Assembly: GCF_018350175.1 (NCBI RefSeq)
Contig: NC_058368.1
Location: 141,238,001-141,302,000, forward strand
Length of the DNA: 64,000 bases
Reading direction: 5' to 3'
DNA from: Felis catus
Taxonomy: Eukaryota
A program made the translations under genes and the position numbers. Under the pieces are notes generated by a model that was not told the DNA's origin, did not search any database, and saw nothing but the letters and a program-made list of their open reading frames with translations. Shown here piece by piece: positions 60,263-64,000 of this stretch (the first letter of the stretch is position 1; every line of letters starts with the position of its first letter).

Positions 60263-61679
60263 AAAACAATTTTTCTTTTATAACTACCTTTTGTAATCTT
60301 GATTCTTCTGTGTCTTGTTAGGGACTTCGTTTGCTTGATTTTGTTGGTGGATCTCTGTGCCTCCTGGATCTGGATATCTGTTTCCTCCCCCCGATTAGAG
60401 AAATTTTCAGCTAGTATTTCTTCAAAGAAATTTTCTGCCCCATTTTCTCTTCTCTTTCTGGGATCCCCATAATGTAACTGTTATTATGCTTGATGAAGTC
60501 ACTGAGTTCCCTAATTTATTGTAATTTTGCATAATTTTTCCCTCTCATTTGTTCAGTTTGATTACATTCCATTACTTTGCCCATTACTGTTTTCAAGTCC
60601 GGTTAGTATATTTCTGATCATTTTTTAAAAAATCTCTATAATGTTACTTATATCTGTTATGTTTAGGTCTCTTATGGTTTTGTCCTGTTCTTTCATTTGT
60701 GATACATTCCTCTGTCTCCTCATTTTGTTTCACTCTCTGTGTTAGGAATGTCAGTTACATCTCTTACTATTAAAGTAGTGAGCAGGATGTGCCCTTTTTT
60801 CTAGGTGGCACTGCTCCTCCTCCACAGGAGATGTACAGCCACCACCAGGGACTGGGGCCAGCCAGGGCCCTTCTGCTAACCACAGGAAACAAGGTTGCAG
60901 TTTTAACAAGTGCATGCATCCTCTGCAAGAGGTTGGGATATGTGGTTTTGGCAAGGTTTGCCAGGGTCGTCAGGGGGAAGGGATCTGCAGCCCAGAGACT
61001 GAGGGAGTGCTGGTTGGAGGGGCAGGGTGTCGTGTAAGCAAGTCAGGTAGTGAATTTGGACACTGCACTGTTCTCACAGGTGGCTAGGTACTTTTACTGG
61101 GATCGGGGGAAGGAAATGGCACCTGCCAGTTCCTTTGTTCCTGGAGAAATCGCGCAGCTGACTGAGACCAGTAACTTACTCTCCCTCTGGTAAGCCCCAG
61201 ATGCCTTTTAAAAGGCTGTTTGCTGTGCTGTCTCTTTAAAAGCAGGGACTCAGCTTCCTGTCCCTCTCTGGGCTTTCCCAGAGCCTAGCCTATTCCTTTT
61301 CAAAGTTCCAGGCTTTAAGTTCGGCTGATTGTAAGCACTCAGGCAATTCAGTTCCTATAATTTTTAAAGCCAAATGCCATATGGATTCTTCTTCCTCTTG
61401 GAGACTCCTCAACATGATAGCCTGTTTCTTACCCCCTCTCTGTGGCTATGGCTCCCTCCCTCAGGCGGTCAGTCCCACAATATTTAAGTTCCCAGCATGT
61501 CTTTGCCCTTTCTACCCTCTTCAGTGTGGTCTCTTCTGTACATTTAAGGTATGGAATTTGTTTGGCCAGGCTTTGGGTCATTTTCTGGATTGTTTGCACT
61601 GATGTGAGTGTTATCTAGGTGGATTAGGCGAGTTTAGGGTCCTCCTACTCTGCCATCTAACCAATAAGTCTCATCTTCA

Positions 61680-61892
61680 ATTTTTAAAAAATTTTTAAAT
61701 GTTTGTTTTTGAGAGAGCGAGCGCGCTTGAGTGAGGAGAGGGGCAGAGAAATAAGGAGACACAGATTCCAAAACAGGCTCTAGGCTCTGAGCCATCAGCA
61801 CAGAGCCAGACATGGGGCTCAAACTCACAAACCGTGAGATCACGACCTGAGCTGAAGTCGGACGGTTAACCAACTGAGTCACCCAGGTGCCC
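61680..61892 (-). mobile_element. Can-SINE
   Basis: Head/(GA)/T-tail. Confidence 0.9.
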
Positions 61893-62512
61893 CTCCTCTT
61901 CATTTTTTAATTTTATTTGAGTCCTTTCTTTTTTTTCATGATGAATCTCACTAAAGGTCTGTCTGTTCTTTTTTTTTTTTTTAAAGAACCAGCTGTTAAT
62001 TTCATTGAGTTTTTTGTATTGTGTTTTTAGTCTCTATTTTATTTATTTGTGGTCTTATTTTTAATGGTTGGTTTGTTTGCTTTTGGTTTTTGTTTTACTA
62101 ACTTTGGGCATTGTTCTTTTTCTAGCTTCTTTAGATGTAAGGTCAAATTGTTTCAGATTTTTCTTGTTTCTTGAGGTAGACCTGTATTGCTATTAACTTG
62201 CCTCTTAGAACTGCTTTTTCTTAATCCCAAAGATTTCGAATCATTTTGTTTTTATTTTCATTTGCCTCTTGGTATTTTTAAATTTCCTCTTTGACTTCTT
62301 GGTTGACCTGTTGGTTGTTTAATAACATTTGTTTAGCCTCCTCTTTTTTCTGGGTTTTCCAGTGTTTTTATTATAATTGATTTCTAGTTTCCTATACTTT
62401 CATATAGATGTTTGATATTATTCCATTGTTCTTACATTTATTGAGACTTGTTTCAGATCCTGTGGTCTACCATGTGATCTGTCCTGGAGAATGTTCCACG
62501 AGCACTTGAAAA

Positions 62513-64000
62513 GAGGCACAAGAACCAGACACAAATAGCAAAAATCCCATATCCTAGAAGGAAAACAGGTGTAAGTACCCTAAATGGGCTGAACAGTCTT
62601 GTCGTTGTAGGAAACATTCCAGAAGTCAAGTTCTCAGACACCAGCCAGTGGCCAACCCTACGAACAGGTTCTTCTAAAGTTTGCAATCCCTGACCTTAAC
62701 TCTGTTCAGTTCAAAATACTTTCTAATTTCTTTTTTTATTTCTTCTTTGGTCCATGGGCTATTTAAAGTGTGTTTTTTACTTTCCAATTATTTAGGAATT
62801 TTATAGATTTCTGTTACTGGTTTCTAATTTTATGTGGTCAAGATAACATAATTTCTGTGATTTGAACCCATTTAAAATTACTGAGACGTGTTTTATAGCC
62901 AGATGCACATCTGTTTAATTAACATTCAAATTCATTTGAAAGGTTATGTATTCTATTGTTGTTGAGTAGTGTCCTATAAATGCCAGTGAGGGTCAAAGTG
63001 GTTGATAGCATTCTCCATATCTTCTGTGTTTTACTACTTACTTTCTAGTTCAGTCATGGGCTATAAGCAGCATTAAGATCCTTCTCTGTGATTGTGAACG
63101 TTGTCTGTTTCTCCCTTTAAATCTATCAAATTTTGTTTCTTGTTTTTTGAAGCTCTGTTGTTAAGTAATGTAGATAAATGATTAGTCTTTCTGATGAACT
63201 GATGGTTTTATCATTTTGAAAAATCCAACTTGATATCTGGTAATACTCTATCTTAAAATCTATTTTAGTTGATATTAGTATAGCCATTCATTCTAGCCTT
63301 CTTAAATTTGTTTTCATGATGTATCTATTCCCATCCATTTACTTTGAATCTGTGTCTATTTGAGGTATATTTCTTATGGACAGCATATTGTTGGAGTTTG
63401 ATTTTTATCAGTTCTGACCATCTCTGTGTCTTCATTGGAATGTTTAATTCATTAACTTTTAGTGTAACTATGAATATGGTTGGGTTTGGGTTTACCATTT
63501 TATTTGCTATTTGTACTTCTGTTTTGTTTTTGTTTTCTCTGTTTCTTTATACAGTCCTTTTAGATTAAACAACTTTTATTTTATTTTTATTCTTTTAAAT
63601 GTTTATTTTTGAGGGAGAGAGACAGAACATGAGTGGGGGAGGGGCAGAGAGAGAGGGGGGACACAGAATCTGAAGCAGGCTCCAGGCTCTGAGCTGTCAG
63701 CACTAGAGCCCGACGTGGGGCTCGAACTCACAGACCACAAGATCATGACCTGAGCCAAAGCCAGACGCTCAACTGACTGAGCCACCCAGGCACCCCTAGA
63801 TTAAACAACTTTTAAAGCGCTATTTTATTTATCTACTGGATTTTTGTTAAATCTCTTTGGATTTCTTTAATGGTTGATCTAGGGATTACTATAACCTTAA
63901 CTTTACACGGTCTAGTTAACCCAATATTGTACCAATTCTTGTGAAACATAGAAACCTTGCAACTGTCTATTTACCAACTCTCCTTCCTAGCCTTTATGCT
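62513..64000. mobile_element. Ancient L1M-type fragments (L1MC/MD-like)
   Basis: Highly decayed L1 endonuclease-region sequence on the minus strand from ~62700. 62513-62700 resembles an old L1M 3'UTR motif (ccagcca..ggccaacc..ttctaa). Confidence 0.6.
63578..63796 (-). mobile_element. Can-SINE
   Basis: TSD tagattaaacaactttta. Confidence 0.93.

Larger units (their letters stand above)
54362..61657 (-). mobile_element. 5'-complete but decayed carnivore LINE-1 nested in the older L1
   Basis: 3' tail at ~54370, ORF2 remnants through 58.9 kb, ORF1 remnants at 59.3-60.6 kb, 5'UTR ending ctcctactctgccatct (minus strand agatggcagagtaggag). Confidence 0.87.
52309..62512 (-). mobile_element. Older LINE-1 ORF2 body (52309-54358, resumes ~61893-62512) split by a nested L1
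   Basis: L1 ORF2 sequence breaks at ...ctgtggtgtc (54358) and resumes with ctcttcatttt...ttatttgagtc at ~61895. Confidence 0.8.

Overview
Mammalian, felid-like genomic DNA (young Felidae-type Can-SINEs, carnivore LINE-1s). The only host coding content is five consecutive internal exons of PDE8B (cAMP-specific phosphodiesterase 8B; end of the REC-like region through the PAS domain) on the + strand between 2750 and 16786. They are followed by a very long intron that runs off the window. That intron is dominated by antisense LINE-1s in two deeply nested clusters (about 26.2-43.2 kb and 49.4-64 kb). These include three 5'-complete L1s, processed pseudogenes of UBA52 and RPL23A, about 19 Can-SINEs, hAT/Tigger DNA-transposon fossils and microsatellites. 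I found no convincing novel protein-coding system. The most interesting signals are structural: a hAT (MER63-like) element split by about 15.6 kb of nested insertions, one or two candidate L1 3' transductions, several templated-insertion repair scars, and a pair of perfect CRE palindromes inside a cAMP-phosphodiesterase intron. Repeat family names and human PDE8B numbering come from recalled consensus sequences and need RepeatMasker/Dfam/BLAST confirmation.
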